A stretch of 64,000 nt of DNA. Source: a virus (Duplodnaviria > Caudoviricetes). Below the pieces are notes generated by a model. The model saw only the letters and a list, made by a program, of their open reading frames with translations. It had not been told where the DNA came from and made no database searches. Shown one piece after another: positions 28,258-37,380 of this stretch. The stretch spans positions 2,630-66,629 of IMG/VR virus record IMGVR_UViG_3300033120_000570. One strand, given 5' to 3'. Both the position numbers and the translations under genes were made by a program. Positions within the stretch are counted from its first letter, which is position 1; every line of letters begins with the position of its first letter.

Positions 28258-28833
28258 ATGATAAATAGATTAAATTTTTATAACAACTATAGATTAAATT
28301 TTTCAAAACTATCTTCTTCTCAGGTAAGTGGTTTTGAAGCTATATTTAATGAATGGGATCGTAAAAAGTTTAATGATACTAGGTGGCTAGCTTATATGTT
28401 AGCCACCACTTATCACGAAACTGCAAAAACTATAAAGCCCATAGAAGAATACGGAAAGGGCAAAACAAGACCTTACGGAAAAAAATTAAAGCACTCTGGA
28501 GTTTCTTATTCAAATCCAAATAAATTGTACTACGGAAGAGGTTTTGTCCAGTTGACTTGGTATGAAAATTACGAATTACTAGGAAGGATATTAAAACTAG
28601 ACCTACTTAATAATCCCGAATTGTGTCTAACGTTAGAAGTTGCCACTAAAGTGATGTTCGAAGGAATGCTTAAAGGCTCTTCTAGTATTGGCGATTTCAC
28701 AGGAAAGTGTTTAGAGATGTATTTTAATGACACTACAGAAAATCCAGTAGGGGCTAGAAGAATTATAAACGGAACTGATAAAGACAAGCTTATTGCTGAT
28801 TATTATTGGTTATTTAAAAAATGCTTGTTATGA
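28258..28833 (+). CDS. Endolysin, glycoside hydrolase family 19
   Basis: LAYMLATTYHET..PIEE, YYGRGFVQLTWYENY, ARRIING motifs. Confidence 0.9.
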   Translation: MINRLNFYNNYRLNFSKLSSSQVSGFEAIFNEWDRKKFNDTRWLAYMLATTYHETAKTIKPIEEYGKGKTRPYGKKLKHSGVSYSNPNKLYYGRGFVQLTWYENYELLGRILKLDLLNNPELCLTLEVATKVMFEGMLKGSSSIGDFTGKCLEMYFNDTTENPVGARRIINGTDKDKLIADYYWLFKKCLL

Positions 28834-29462
28834 TTTATTTTAAAAAAATGGTATATCCAATAATAATAATTTTTTTATTATTTATTATATTTATTCAAAG
28901 AGGATGTGAGGACAATAAATTACCTTCTAAAGAAGCAAAAGAAATTATTATCCCAGCCAAAAAAGGATCTTTCACTTCCGTAAAACCAATAAAAATACAC
29001 GATACAATTATAAAGGATAGTATTGTTTTTAAAAATAAAAAAATAATACTAACAAATCCTGTAGATAAAAAGTTAGTATTGCAGTATTTAGAAGCTAAAG
29101 ACAGTATAAGTAAGTTAAAAATACTTATAAACTCTGTAAAAATTAACAAATATTCTACTAAGTTTAATAATGAAGATATAGATTTAACTATAGATACAGA
29201 AACAACAGGAACTTTAAACTCAATAAAGCCAGCTTACATAATCAAAGAAAAAAAAGTTGACGTTCCGGTCAAAACTTTAAATTCAGTTTTTGCTTTATAT
29301 ACTGGCGTTGAAATATATAACAATAAAAACTTAAATAATCCAGGAGCTAAGATAGATTTAGGTATTCAAAATAAAAAAGGAGACATATATTCGCTAGGAT
29401 TTGATACTAATAAAAACTTTTTTGTTGGATATAAGCTTAGAATTATAAACATTAAAAAATAA
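28830..29462 (+). CDS. Spanin-like envelope protein
   Basis: ATGA overlap with endolysin stop; hydrophobic N-terminal segment ending QRGC; C-terminal amphipathic beta strands. Confidence 0.5.
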   Translation: MIYFKKMVYPIIIIFLLFIIFIQRGCEDNKLPSKEAKEIIIPAKKGSFTSVKPIKIHDTIIKDSIVFKNKKIILTNPVDKKLVLQYLEAKDSISKLKILINSVKINKYSTKFNNEDIDLTIDTETTGTLNSIKPAYIIKEKKVDVPVKTLNSVFALYTGVEIYNNKNLNNPGAKIDLGIQNKKGDIYSLGFDTNKNFFVGYKLRIINIKK

Positions 29463-29485
29463 ATTATAAAATAAACTTGATTTTA

Positions 29486-29519
29486 TTAGGAATTGTCAAT
29501 TATTTGTTCTAACTTTGCA
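29486..29519 (+). promoter_or_regulatory. Class I phage promoter copy 5
   Basis: TTAGGA-AT-TGTCAA-N10-TAACTTTG. Confidence 0.8.
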
Positions 29520-29541
29520 ATGTTAACATTAAAACACAAAT

Positions 29542-30465
29542 ATGAATTTAATAGAGGTAAAAGATTTTTTAAGGACTAGTCCTGGATATCAAAAAGAAGG
29601 AGCTTCAAGGTTGGCTAATAAGTTAAATACAAAAATAGATATATGTTATCAGGCTTTGTCTGAAATAAGAAGTGAGAATAGACATAAAAATGAAGAAATA
29701 ATTTATAAATCTTCTTCTATAGAAAAACAATCTCATACAGATATATTTAGAGACGCATTTCAAAACAGGAAAAAACATTACAATGAAATATCTTTAGATG
29801 TAAAAAAAGGAAAATATGGTAAAAACGTATTAGTAATAGGTGATTTACATCTTCCATTTTCATTAAACGGATATTTAGAACATTGCAAAAAAACATATAT
29901 AAAATACAACTGCAATGAAGTAGTGTTTATAGGTGATATAATAGACAATCACGCTTCTAGCTACCACGAAACTGACCCTGACGGATATAATGCTGGAGAA
30001 GAGCTTAAAATAGCTATACAGCAAGTAAAGGAATGGTATGATGCTTTTCCAAAAGCTACAGTAATAATAGGCAATCACGACAGAATTATAATGCGCAAAG
30101 CTTATTCTAGTGGATTATCTAAAATGTGGATTAAAGATTACGCTGAGGTGCTTGGGACTCCTGGATGGAATTTTACCGAATCTGTAGAAATAGATAATGT
30201 TTTATACATTCACGGAGAAGGAGGAACTGCAAGGTCTAGAGCTAGAAGAGATTTACAATCAATAGTTCAAGGTCATTTACATTCTCAAGCTTATATAGAA
30301 TGGATTGTAGGAGCGAGATTTAAAATATTCGGAATGCAGGTTGGATGCGGAATAAACCACAAATCATATGCAATGGCTTATGGTAAGGAAGGTCCCAAAC
30401 CAGCAATAGCGTGTGGAGTTATTATTGAAGGAGAAGTTCCAATAAACATAATGATGAATTTATAA
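29542..30465 (+). CDS. Calcineurin-like metallophosphoesterase with N-terminal HTH-like segment
   Basis: GDLH, GDIID, GNHD, HGE, GHLH metal-binding motifs. Confidence 0.85.
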   Translation: MNLIEVKDFLRTSPGYQKEGASRLANKLNTKIDICYQALSEIRSENRHKNEEIIYKSSSIEKQSHTDIFRDAFQNRKKHYNEISLDVKKGKYGKNVLVIGDLHLPFSLNGYLEHCKKTYIKYNCNEVVFIGDIIDNHASSYHETDPDGYNAGEELKIAIQQVKEWYDAFPKATVIIGNHDRIIMRKAYSSGLSKMWIKDYAEVLGTPGWNFTESVEIDNVLYIHGEGGTARSRARRDLQSIVQGHLHSQAYIEWIVGARFKIFGMQVGCGINHKSYAMAYGKEGPKPAIACGVIIEGEVPINIMMNL

Positions 30466-30495
30466 CAAAAAAAACTTAACAGTAATATAAACCTT

Positions 30496-30532
30496 AGCTC
30501 TCAACCTAAATATTAGTTTGGGAGCTTTTTTA
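30496..30532 (+). terminator. Intrinsic terminator
   Basis: AGCTCTCAA..CTAA/TTAG..TTGGGAGCT imperfect stem then T-run. Confidence 0.6.
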
Positions 30533-30542
30533 TTTAAAAGCA

Positions 30543-31235
30543 ATGAAACTTTCAAAAATAATTTACGACGTAAGAGAGTCGTTAAAGCTCTATACAGATG
30601 ACGGAGAAATTTCAAATCGTTATATAACTTATTTGTTAGGGATAAAAAGAAGTAAGTACTTAAGGCAAGATCTTAACAATCATCAACATACTACAGACAT
30701 ATCAACTACACAAACGTTATGTTTAGGATTAGAAGTTGTTTCTGCGAATCAATGTGGATTAACTCTTGAATGCGACACTATATTAAGAACTAAACGTCCT
30801 ATTCCTCAACCTATAGAATTACATATTAAAACCGCTATTTCTAGCGTAAGACCAACAAACAGAATAGCAATACCGTTTAACTTTACTACAAAAGAAAAGG
30901 CTATTTATAGCGAGCATTCTCCTTTTAGTAAAGCTATATTTGCATTTATTGACAATGATAAACATATATACTTACTTAGTAAGCTAAATACTGTAAACTT
31001 GCTTGAATGTATAACTATAACAGGAGTTTTTGAAGACCCTTTGGATTTAATAAATTATACAAATTGTTGCGATTGTAATGACGCCCCTTCTTGTTTTGAC
31101 GAAGATACTACAGAGTATCCACTACAACCTCATTATGTAGATTTAATAAAAACAGAAATAGTAAATGAAATTGCGGCCAAAATGACTATAAAAGAAGATA
31201 AAACAAACGACTCTAACAGTAATGGTGAAAAATAA
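30543..31235 (+). CDS. Tail ring / tubular protein
   Basis: ITITGVFEDP and DEDTTEYPL motifs of crAss ring proteins. Confidence 0.7.
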   Translation: MKLSKIIYDVRESLKLYTDDGEISNRYITYLLGIKRSKYLRQDLNNHQHTTDISTTQTLCLGLEVVSANQCGLTLECDTILRTKRPIPQPIELHIKTAISSVRPTNRIAIPFNFTTKEKAIYSEHSPFSKAIFAFIDNDKHIYLLSKLNTVNLLECITITGVFEDPLDLINYTNCCDCNDAPSCFDEDTTEYPLQPHYVDLIKTEIVNEIAAKMTIKEDKTNDSNSNGEK

Positions 31236-31773
31236 AAGAACTGAAGGAAAGATAAACTCTGATTACGGAATTAGCGATTACTTTAAATATTTTAAACAAA
31301 ACAACAAAGATATAAAAATATCTAGCGCACAATACAAAGACATTATATCTGAATTCAACAAAGGAATAATAAATTTAATAATAGAAAAAGGTTTTGAATA
31401 TAATATTCCTTATATAGGATCAACTTTATGTATAAGAAAAGACAAAAGAGTCCCTAAAATAGTAAATGGAAAGTTGTATAATTCAGCTCCTGTTGACTGG
31501 GTCGCTACAAATAAACTCTGGTCGGAAGATGCTGATTCTAAAGAAAAAAAACTATTAGTTAGGTATTTAAATACTCATACTTCAAAGTATGTATTTAGAG
31601 TATATTTTAAAAAATACAATTTACATTTTGCAAATAAAAAACTATTTTCATTTAAAGTAAATAGAAAATTTAGTAGACTGTTAGGTAAAAGAATAAAAGA
31701 CGAAGATAAAGAAAAATTTGATTCGTTTTTACTGTACAATAAAAAAGAAAAAATAGAAAATGAAAGTAATTAA
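31222..31773 (+). CDS. HU/IHF-like protein of the tail module
   Basis: YKDIISEFNKGIINLII..FEYNIPYIGSTLCIRK; VDWVATNKLW; FSFKVNRKFSR; conserved position between ring genes. Confidence 0.65.
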   Translation: MVKNKRTEGKINSDYGISDYFKYFKQNNKDIKISSAQYKDIISEFNKGIINLIIEKGFEYNIPYIGSTLCIRKDKRVPKIVNGKLYNSAPVDWVATNKLWSEDADSKEKKLLVRYLNTHTSKYVFRVYFKKYNLHFANKKLFSFKVNRKFSRLLGKRIKDEDKEKFDSFLLYNKKEKIENESN

Positions 31774-32518
31774 TTATAAGTCACTAGGTACTATATTATG
31801 GAGGATATTAAAAAACCCTTTAGCCTCGGAACTTTCTTATGAAGAAGCTGCTGAATTTGCATTGGAATTCATAAGATTACTAGGAGCTCCTGTTGTTTAT
31901 GTAGATAAAGTTTCTGAAAATATAACTATTCAAAATCACAAAGCAGAACTTCCTTGCGACATACTTACATTAAGCGGAGTGAGATATATGGATACTGACG
32001 AGGACGGAGTGTTAAATCATCCAATAGCAATGAGGGAATCTACTAATATCTACCACTTTGATCCAAACGAGTTTGAAAATCAAGGAAACACAGAATTTGA
32101 ATTAAGAGGGAATCATAATCGTAACGAATATACTTACTCAATACAAAAAGGAGTTTTATTTACTTCGATAAGAGACGGAAGTGTTCAAGTTGCTTATAGA
32201 GGTATAGCTACTGACGAAGATGGGTATCCTTTAATACCAGATAATGAAAAAGTGCTACTTGGTATGGAATATTATATTTTAAGCCGTTATTTAGAGCCTA
32301 TGTGGTTAATGGGTAAGATAACAGATAAGGCTTTTGAGTTTATACAACAAAAAAGATATTTTTACATGCCTTCAGCTTATACTTCATTACAGATGCCAAG
32401 TGTTGACGGAATGGAATCGGTTATGAATTCTATAAATAGATTGATATTATCTAATACAAGTCACGAATCTTTCTTTAAAAAATCCGGAGAAAAAGAAAGA
32501 ATAAGAAAATTCCGTTAA
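31760..32518 (+). CDS. Tail ring / tubular protein
   Basis: VQVAYRGIATDEDGYPLIPD motif. Confidence 0.75.
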   Translation: MKVINYKSLGTILWRILKNPLASELSYEEAAEFALEFIRLLGAPVVYVDKVSENITIQNHKAELPCDILTLSGVRYMDTDEDGVLNHPIAMRESTNIYHFDPNEFENQGNTEFELRGNHNRNEYTYSIQKGVLFTSIRDGSVQVAYRGIATDEDGYPLIPDNEKVLLGMEYYILSRYLEPMWLMGKITDKAFEFIQQKRYFYMPSAYTSLQMPSVDGMESVMNSINRLILSNTSHESFFKKSGEKERIRKFR

Positions 32519-32540
32519 CAATATAAAACATTTTTGAAGA

Positions 32541-35500
32541 ATGGCTAATAAACAAATAACTCATTCCTATGGAGGAATGATGCAAGACACTACAAAATCT
32601 AAATTTCCAAACTCATTTTACTACGAAGGCAGAAACATTAGAGTTTTTGCTACAGATTCTCAATCTACAGGGTCTTTAACTAATGAAAAAGGAAATTCTT
32701 TAATATTTCAAGTACCTACACCCGTTATAAACAGGTCTACAAAAGTTATATCATATTATGGAAAAACTTTAAATTATACTACAAGCGAACTTTCAGGAAC
32801 AAATCAAAGCGGAGACCAAGTAATTGTAGGTCATTCAAACAGTAGAAAGTATATATTATTATTTACTACGGACAACAATGGCTTTGATTGTATATGGAAA
32901 GTTCAGTACGACAATTATGATATAACTTTGTTATATATGAGAGATTTGTCTTTTTCTTCAAACTATCCAATACAGGTTATAAATAATTTTGAAAATAAAA
33001 ATATTGATAAAATTTACTGGGTTGACGGAAATAGTCAATTAAGATTTTTAAACATAGAACATTCTATTGCAAACGAAGACTTAGAAGAGCTAATAAACGT
33101 TCCTGTAAACGTAATAGATATGGTTGGCAAGTATAACTTGTCGCAACCTATTATAACCAGCGTTTCGTTAGGAGGAGTTCATACTTCTGGAATGATACAG
33201 TATGGATATAATTTATACAGACTAAATTCTTCTCAAACAAAAATAAGTCCATTAAGCGAATTAGTTTCTTTAGACAAGAAGTCTTTAGGTGGAGGAGACG
33301 TTAATGAGGTTGTTGGAGCTTCTCCGATAATATCAATAACAGGTATAGACACTTCTTTTACAAACATAAGGGTTTACGCCATAAAATACACCTCTTACAA
33401 CGAAACGCCTTCTATTTCCATTATAGATGACAGAAGCGTTCCGGCTAGCGGAAACATGGAGATATTTGATGACGGAAATGTAATATCAACACTTTCTTTA
33501 GAAGAGTTTTTATTTTTAGGTTCCGATATAATTATACCTAAACATATAAATACAAAATTTAATAGGTTGTTTTTAGCTAACTACAAAGAAGTTAATTTTA
33601 ACGTTGACTTAGATTGCAAAGCATATTCTTTTAACAGTTCAGGAACGTCTGTTGTTTATGAAAATTTATATTTAGATTTAGGAAATCCTTCAGGAACTCC
33701 TTTTACTATATCTACAGATGCTGATTACTCAAATCCCATACTTAAGCAGCACGATTGTGTAAATTTAAGTTACGATGTTTATAAATATCAAAAAAACGGA
33801 ACTACTTATGGCGGAGAAGGTAAGTATCTAAAATATGAATTAACTCAGTCAACTTCTTATAATAAAAGCAATAAATATTTTAAAGACGAAGAAATTTACA
33901 GAATAGGAATAACTTTTTATAATAGTTACGGTCAGTATTCTCAACCAAACTGGATTGCTGATTTTAAGTCAAGAGAAGGGAACTTAAGAGGTTACTATAA
34001 TACATTAAAAGTTACTTTAAAAACTGATTTTTTTACATGGCTTTCCACTAATGCATTTGAGTCTGAGTATGACAAGCCTATAGGTTATAAAATAGTTGTT
34101 GCCAATAGAACTATAAATGATAGAACTATTGTTGCTAATGGGATATTAGGAACGATGATGGTTAATTATAAAACTACAGATCAAACTCAGGCAGATACCG
34201 GTCCCGGAATAACAATAACAAATAGTCTTCCAAAATTGCCAAATGTTCTTTTAAGAAATTGTAATGCAACTACAGTTTATGGCGGCATAGGACCTTCTTA
34301 TAAATGTAGCCATCTTTATCCGTTGAGTAGAAATAGAGCTACAGGCGGTGATTCAGGAGACACCGAGACTCAAAGAGCTTATTTTGGAGATACTGATAGC
34401 GCCGGAAGATTTTGGCAATTTAATTCTATGTTACAAATGTACTCTCCTGAAGTTATGTTCGGAAACACAGTTTCTGTTTCAAACAGTACGAGACTAAGGA
34501 TTAAGGGTTCTTTAAAAAACAATATAAATTATTCTTGGGGAAGAATATACAATACAGACAATAGCTTAATTTCTGTAGAAGGAAAAGTTTCTAACGGAGT
34601 AAGTCCTTATTATTCTTCTTACTCAAACATAACAGGAGAGTTAAAAGATTGTTTTAAAAGCGGTTTTATAGGTCAAAGATACGATAGTAATACAAACAAT
34701 GTAAATTATCAAATGTATTACAGGGGGTATGGGGATTTGGAGCCAGAACTTGGATCAAATACGTTATTTACTAAAACTTCTTCTAATTTAGTTTACGATA
34801 TATACGGAAAACCTGAAGTCACAGAAAAAGGTCAAGGAGGAACTAATTACAACAATGACCCTAACTATAGATATATAAACTCATTAGAAAGTTGTCTTAC
34901 GGACGGAGATAGTCATTTCGATAATGACGGAAAGTATAATAGAAAAATTGTATCTGTAATGACTTATGGAAATAGGTGTTTAACTATTGTTCCTGGAAAT
35001 GAAACTGACGCCCACAATGTTCGCCCTAGGTTAGAGACTATATTTGCTTCAGGAGGATTTGGAGGAGACAATAATGGTATAATAGCTGAATTAGTAAAAA
35101 CTGACGAAGAGATATATTTAGGTAATATATATGGAGGAAATAGTTATGAAGATAAATTAAGAACAGACTACGTAGAGATAGGTAGTTTTTTAAAATTAGA
35201 CTCTTTAACTCCTTCTGCGACTATAGAATCTCCAGGAGATACTTATGTAAATAACTTTAGATTTGCTAGATTAGTAAGGACAGACGTTAGCTCAATTGCA
35301 GAAGGATATGTTGTAAATGAAGAAATTGTTGATTTTATAACAGAAACTACTGTAGATTTAAAAAATAGAAATGATTTAAGCTTAAACTCTTGGGATACGA
35401 GATTTCAGCCTCAAGATGCTGAATATCATAAGTACAATAAAGTTTATTCTCAAAATCCAACTTTAATTAAGTATACTAATTTAGGATATAACGTAAAAAG

Positions 35501-36560
35501 ATTGAAAAGTCTTGACGCAAATATAATATCTACAAAGTTAAAATCTGCAGGAGAAATTATAGACAGTTGGACCGACGTTTCCGTAAATGATGTAATGACT
35601 CTTGATGGAAAGCATGGAAGTATAAATTCTTTAGCTAGTTTTAATGACGAAATATATGCTATACAAGATAAAGCTTTAGCTTTTATATCAATAAACCCTA
35701 GAGTTCAAGTTCAAGGTCAAGACGGACTTGCTATTCAGTTAGGAACTGGAAACGTATTAGATAGGTATAAATACTTGTCAACTAATTCAGGAACTGTAAA
35801 CAAGTGGAGTGTAGTTGCTTCTCCTAGAGGGCTGTATTATTATGACGCACTTAACAAGAGTTTAGGAATGCTTTCTGACTCAGTACATGAACTTTCAGAC
35901 GAAAAAGGTCTTCATGTATTCTTTTTAAATAACAGCGTCTCTAATAGCCTTAAAATAGATAATCCTTTATTAAAAACAGGAGTAGCTTCAGGGTATGATT
36001 ATATAAACAGTGAAATGTTTATGACTCTACATCAAGGATCTTCTTCTTTTACGATATCTTATAACGAACTTAATCAACAGTTTGTTTCTTTCTACGATTA
36101 TATGCCTAGTATGTATATTAGTAAAGGAGAGTATTTTATCACAACAGATCCTTCTGTAAAAAACATATACAGACAATACGCTGGAAATTACAATACGTTT
36201 TACGGAGTTTATTATCCTTCGTCAGTTACATTTAACGTAAATCCAGAAGCTACTCAAGACTGTGTGTTTGATAATATAAATTTTAAATCTGAAGTATATT
36301 TAAATGGGGTAGATCAAGTTGACAAGACTATAACTGGCATTAGAATTTATAATGATTATCAAGATTCTGCTTTAGTTCCTTTGACGATTGGAAGAAACAA
36401 TAACCTTAGACGTAAATTTAGAGATTGGAATGCTTTAATACCAAGAAGCGGAAGAAATAGAGTTAGAGCTCCTTTTGTAAAATTAAAGTTAGAATTCAAT
36501 CAACCTTCTAATAATTATAAATTTGTATTACACGATATAGGAGTCTATTACACAGTATAA
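32541..36560 (+). CDS. Tail stabilization / muzzle protein (P22 gp10-like)
   Basis: 1339 aa; GGMMQD N-terminus; beta-propeller-like repeats; RKFRDWNALIPR..RVRAPFVKLKL C-terminus. Confidence 0.8.
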   Translation: MANKQITHSYGGMMQDTTKSKFPNSFYYEGRNIRVFATDSQSTGSLTNEKGNSLIFQVPTPVINRSTKVISYYGKTLNYTTSELSGTNQSGDQVIVGHSNSRKYILLFTTDNNGFDCIWKVQYDNYDITLLYMRDLSFSSNYPIQVINNFENKNIDKIYWVDGNSQLRFLNIEHSIANEDLEELINVPVNVIDMVGKYNLSQPIITSVSLGGVHTSGMIQYGYNLYRLNSSQTKISPLSELVSLDKKSLGGGDVNEVVGASPIISITGIDTSFTNIRVYAIKYTSYNETPSISIIDDRSVPASGNMEIFDDGNVISTLSLEEFLFLGSDIIIPKHINTKFNRLFLANYKEVNFNVDLDCKAYSFNSSGTSVVYENLYLDLGNPSGTPFTISTDADYSNPILKQHDCVNLSYDVYKYQKNGTTYGGEGKYLKYELTQSTSYNKSNKYFKDEEIYRIGITFYNSYGQYSQPNWIADFKSREGNLRGYYNTLKVTLKTDFFTWLSTNAFESEYDKPIGYKIVVANRTINDRTIVANGILGTMMVNYKTTDQTQADTGPGITITNSLPKLPNVLLRNCNATTVYGGIGPSYKCSHLYPLSRNRATGGDSGDTETQRAYFGDTDSAGRFWQFNSMLQMYSPEVMFGNTVSVSNSTRLRIKGSLKNNINYSWGRIYNTDNSLISVEGKVSNGVSPYYSSYSNITGELKDCFKSGFIGQRYDSNTNNVNYQMYYRGYGDLEPELGSNTLFTKTSSNLVYDIYGKPEVTEKGQGGTNYNNDPNYRYINSLESCLTDGDSHFDNDGKYNRKIVSVMTYGNRCLTIVPGNETDAHNVRPRLETIFASGGFGGDNNGIIAELVKTDEEIYLGNIYGGNSYEDKLRTDYVEIGSFLKLDSLTPSATIESPGDTYVNNFRFARLVRTDVSSIAEGYVVNEEIVDFITETTVDLKNRNDLSLNSWDTRFQPQDAEYHKYNKVYSQNPTLIKYTNLGYNVKRLKSLDANIISTKLKSAGEIIDSWTDVSVNDVMTLDGKHGSINSLASFNDEIYAIQDKALAFISINPRVQVQGQDGLAIQLGTGNVLDRYKYLSTNSGTVNKWSVVASPRGLYYYDALNKSLGMLSDSVHELSDEKGLHVFFLNNSVSNSLKIDNPLLKTGVASGYDYINSEMFMTLHQGSSSFTISYNELNQQFVSFYDYMPSMYISKGEYFITTDPSVKNIYRQYAGNYNTFYGVYYPSSVTFNVNPEATQDCVFDNINFKSEVYLNGVDQVDKTITGIRIYNDYQDSALVPLTIGRNNNLRRKFRDWNALIPRSGRNRVRAPFVKLKLEFNQPSNNYKFVLHDIGVYYTV

Positions 36561-36638
36561 TTAAAAATATTATAAAATATATATGTTAAAGTTTTTTTAT
36601 TTAATTTTTATTTTGTATATTGCGTAAAATTTAAAAAA

Positions 36639-37313
36639 ATGATTGGAATTTACTGTATAAAAAATATAATAAATAATAAAATATATATAGGTTCTAGTAT
36701 AAATATAGAAAATAGATTTAAACAACATTTAAGCGATTTAAGAAATAATAATCATCATAATAGTCATTTACAATTTTCATATAATAAACATGGTGAAAAT
36801 AATTTTGTATTTTATGTATTAAAATATTTTTCAGATATTAATAGAGACGAATTGTTTTGTATAGAAAAAGAAGAAATAATAAAACATGGATTTAATAATA
36901 CATATAATCAAACTATTGAAACAAAATGTGGGTGTAGTGAATTATTAAAAAAAGAATGTTTTGTAATTGATTTAAATGGAAATATAGTAAGTAAATTTAA
37001 TTCAATAGCTGAAGCATCTGTTTTTTTAAAATTAAAATACAATCCAAACTCTAAATCTATAAATAATTCTTCTATACTTAGATTAAAATACAGATTGGTT
37101 ACTAAAGATTTTTATGAAAATGAATTAGAATTAATATTGTCTTGGAGGAAATATAATACTATTAAAGATAGTTTTGTAGATTATTATAAATATGATAATA
37201 ATATTAATAGATTTGTTGTGTTTCATAATAATGAAATTGTATGTGAATTTAAATCCGAAAAAGACGCTATAAAAATAAGTAAATATTTACTAAAACTAGA
37301 TACTAATAAATAA
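36639..37313 (+). mobile_element. Free-standing GIY-YIG homing endonuclease gene
   Basis: MIGIYCIKN..IYIGSS..RFKQH..HHNSHLQ; NUMOD1-like FNSIAEAS; visibly more AT-rich than flanks. Confidence 0.85.
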
Positions 37314-37336
37314 TTTTAAAAAACAACAACAACTTG

Positions 37337-37368
37337 GGGATGAAAGTAAAAAATTCATCCCTTTTTTT
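37337..37368 (+). terminator. Intrinsic terminator
   Basis: GGGATGAA-N9-TTCATCCC-T7. Confidence 0.8.
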
Positions 37369-37380
37369 TATATAAAAAAT

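Noticed and set aside
36616-36623. Dedicated promoter for the GIY-YIG gene (TATATTGC)
   Set aside because: Two mismatches to TAnnTTTG in a very AT-rich tract; not supportable.
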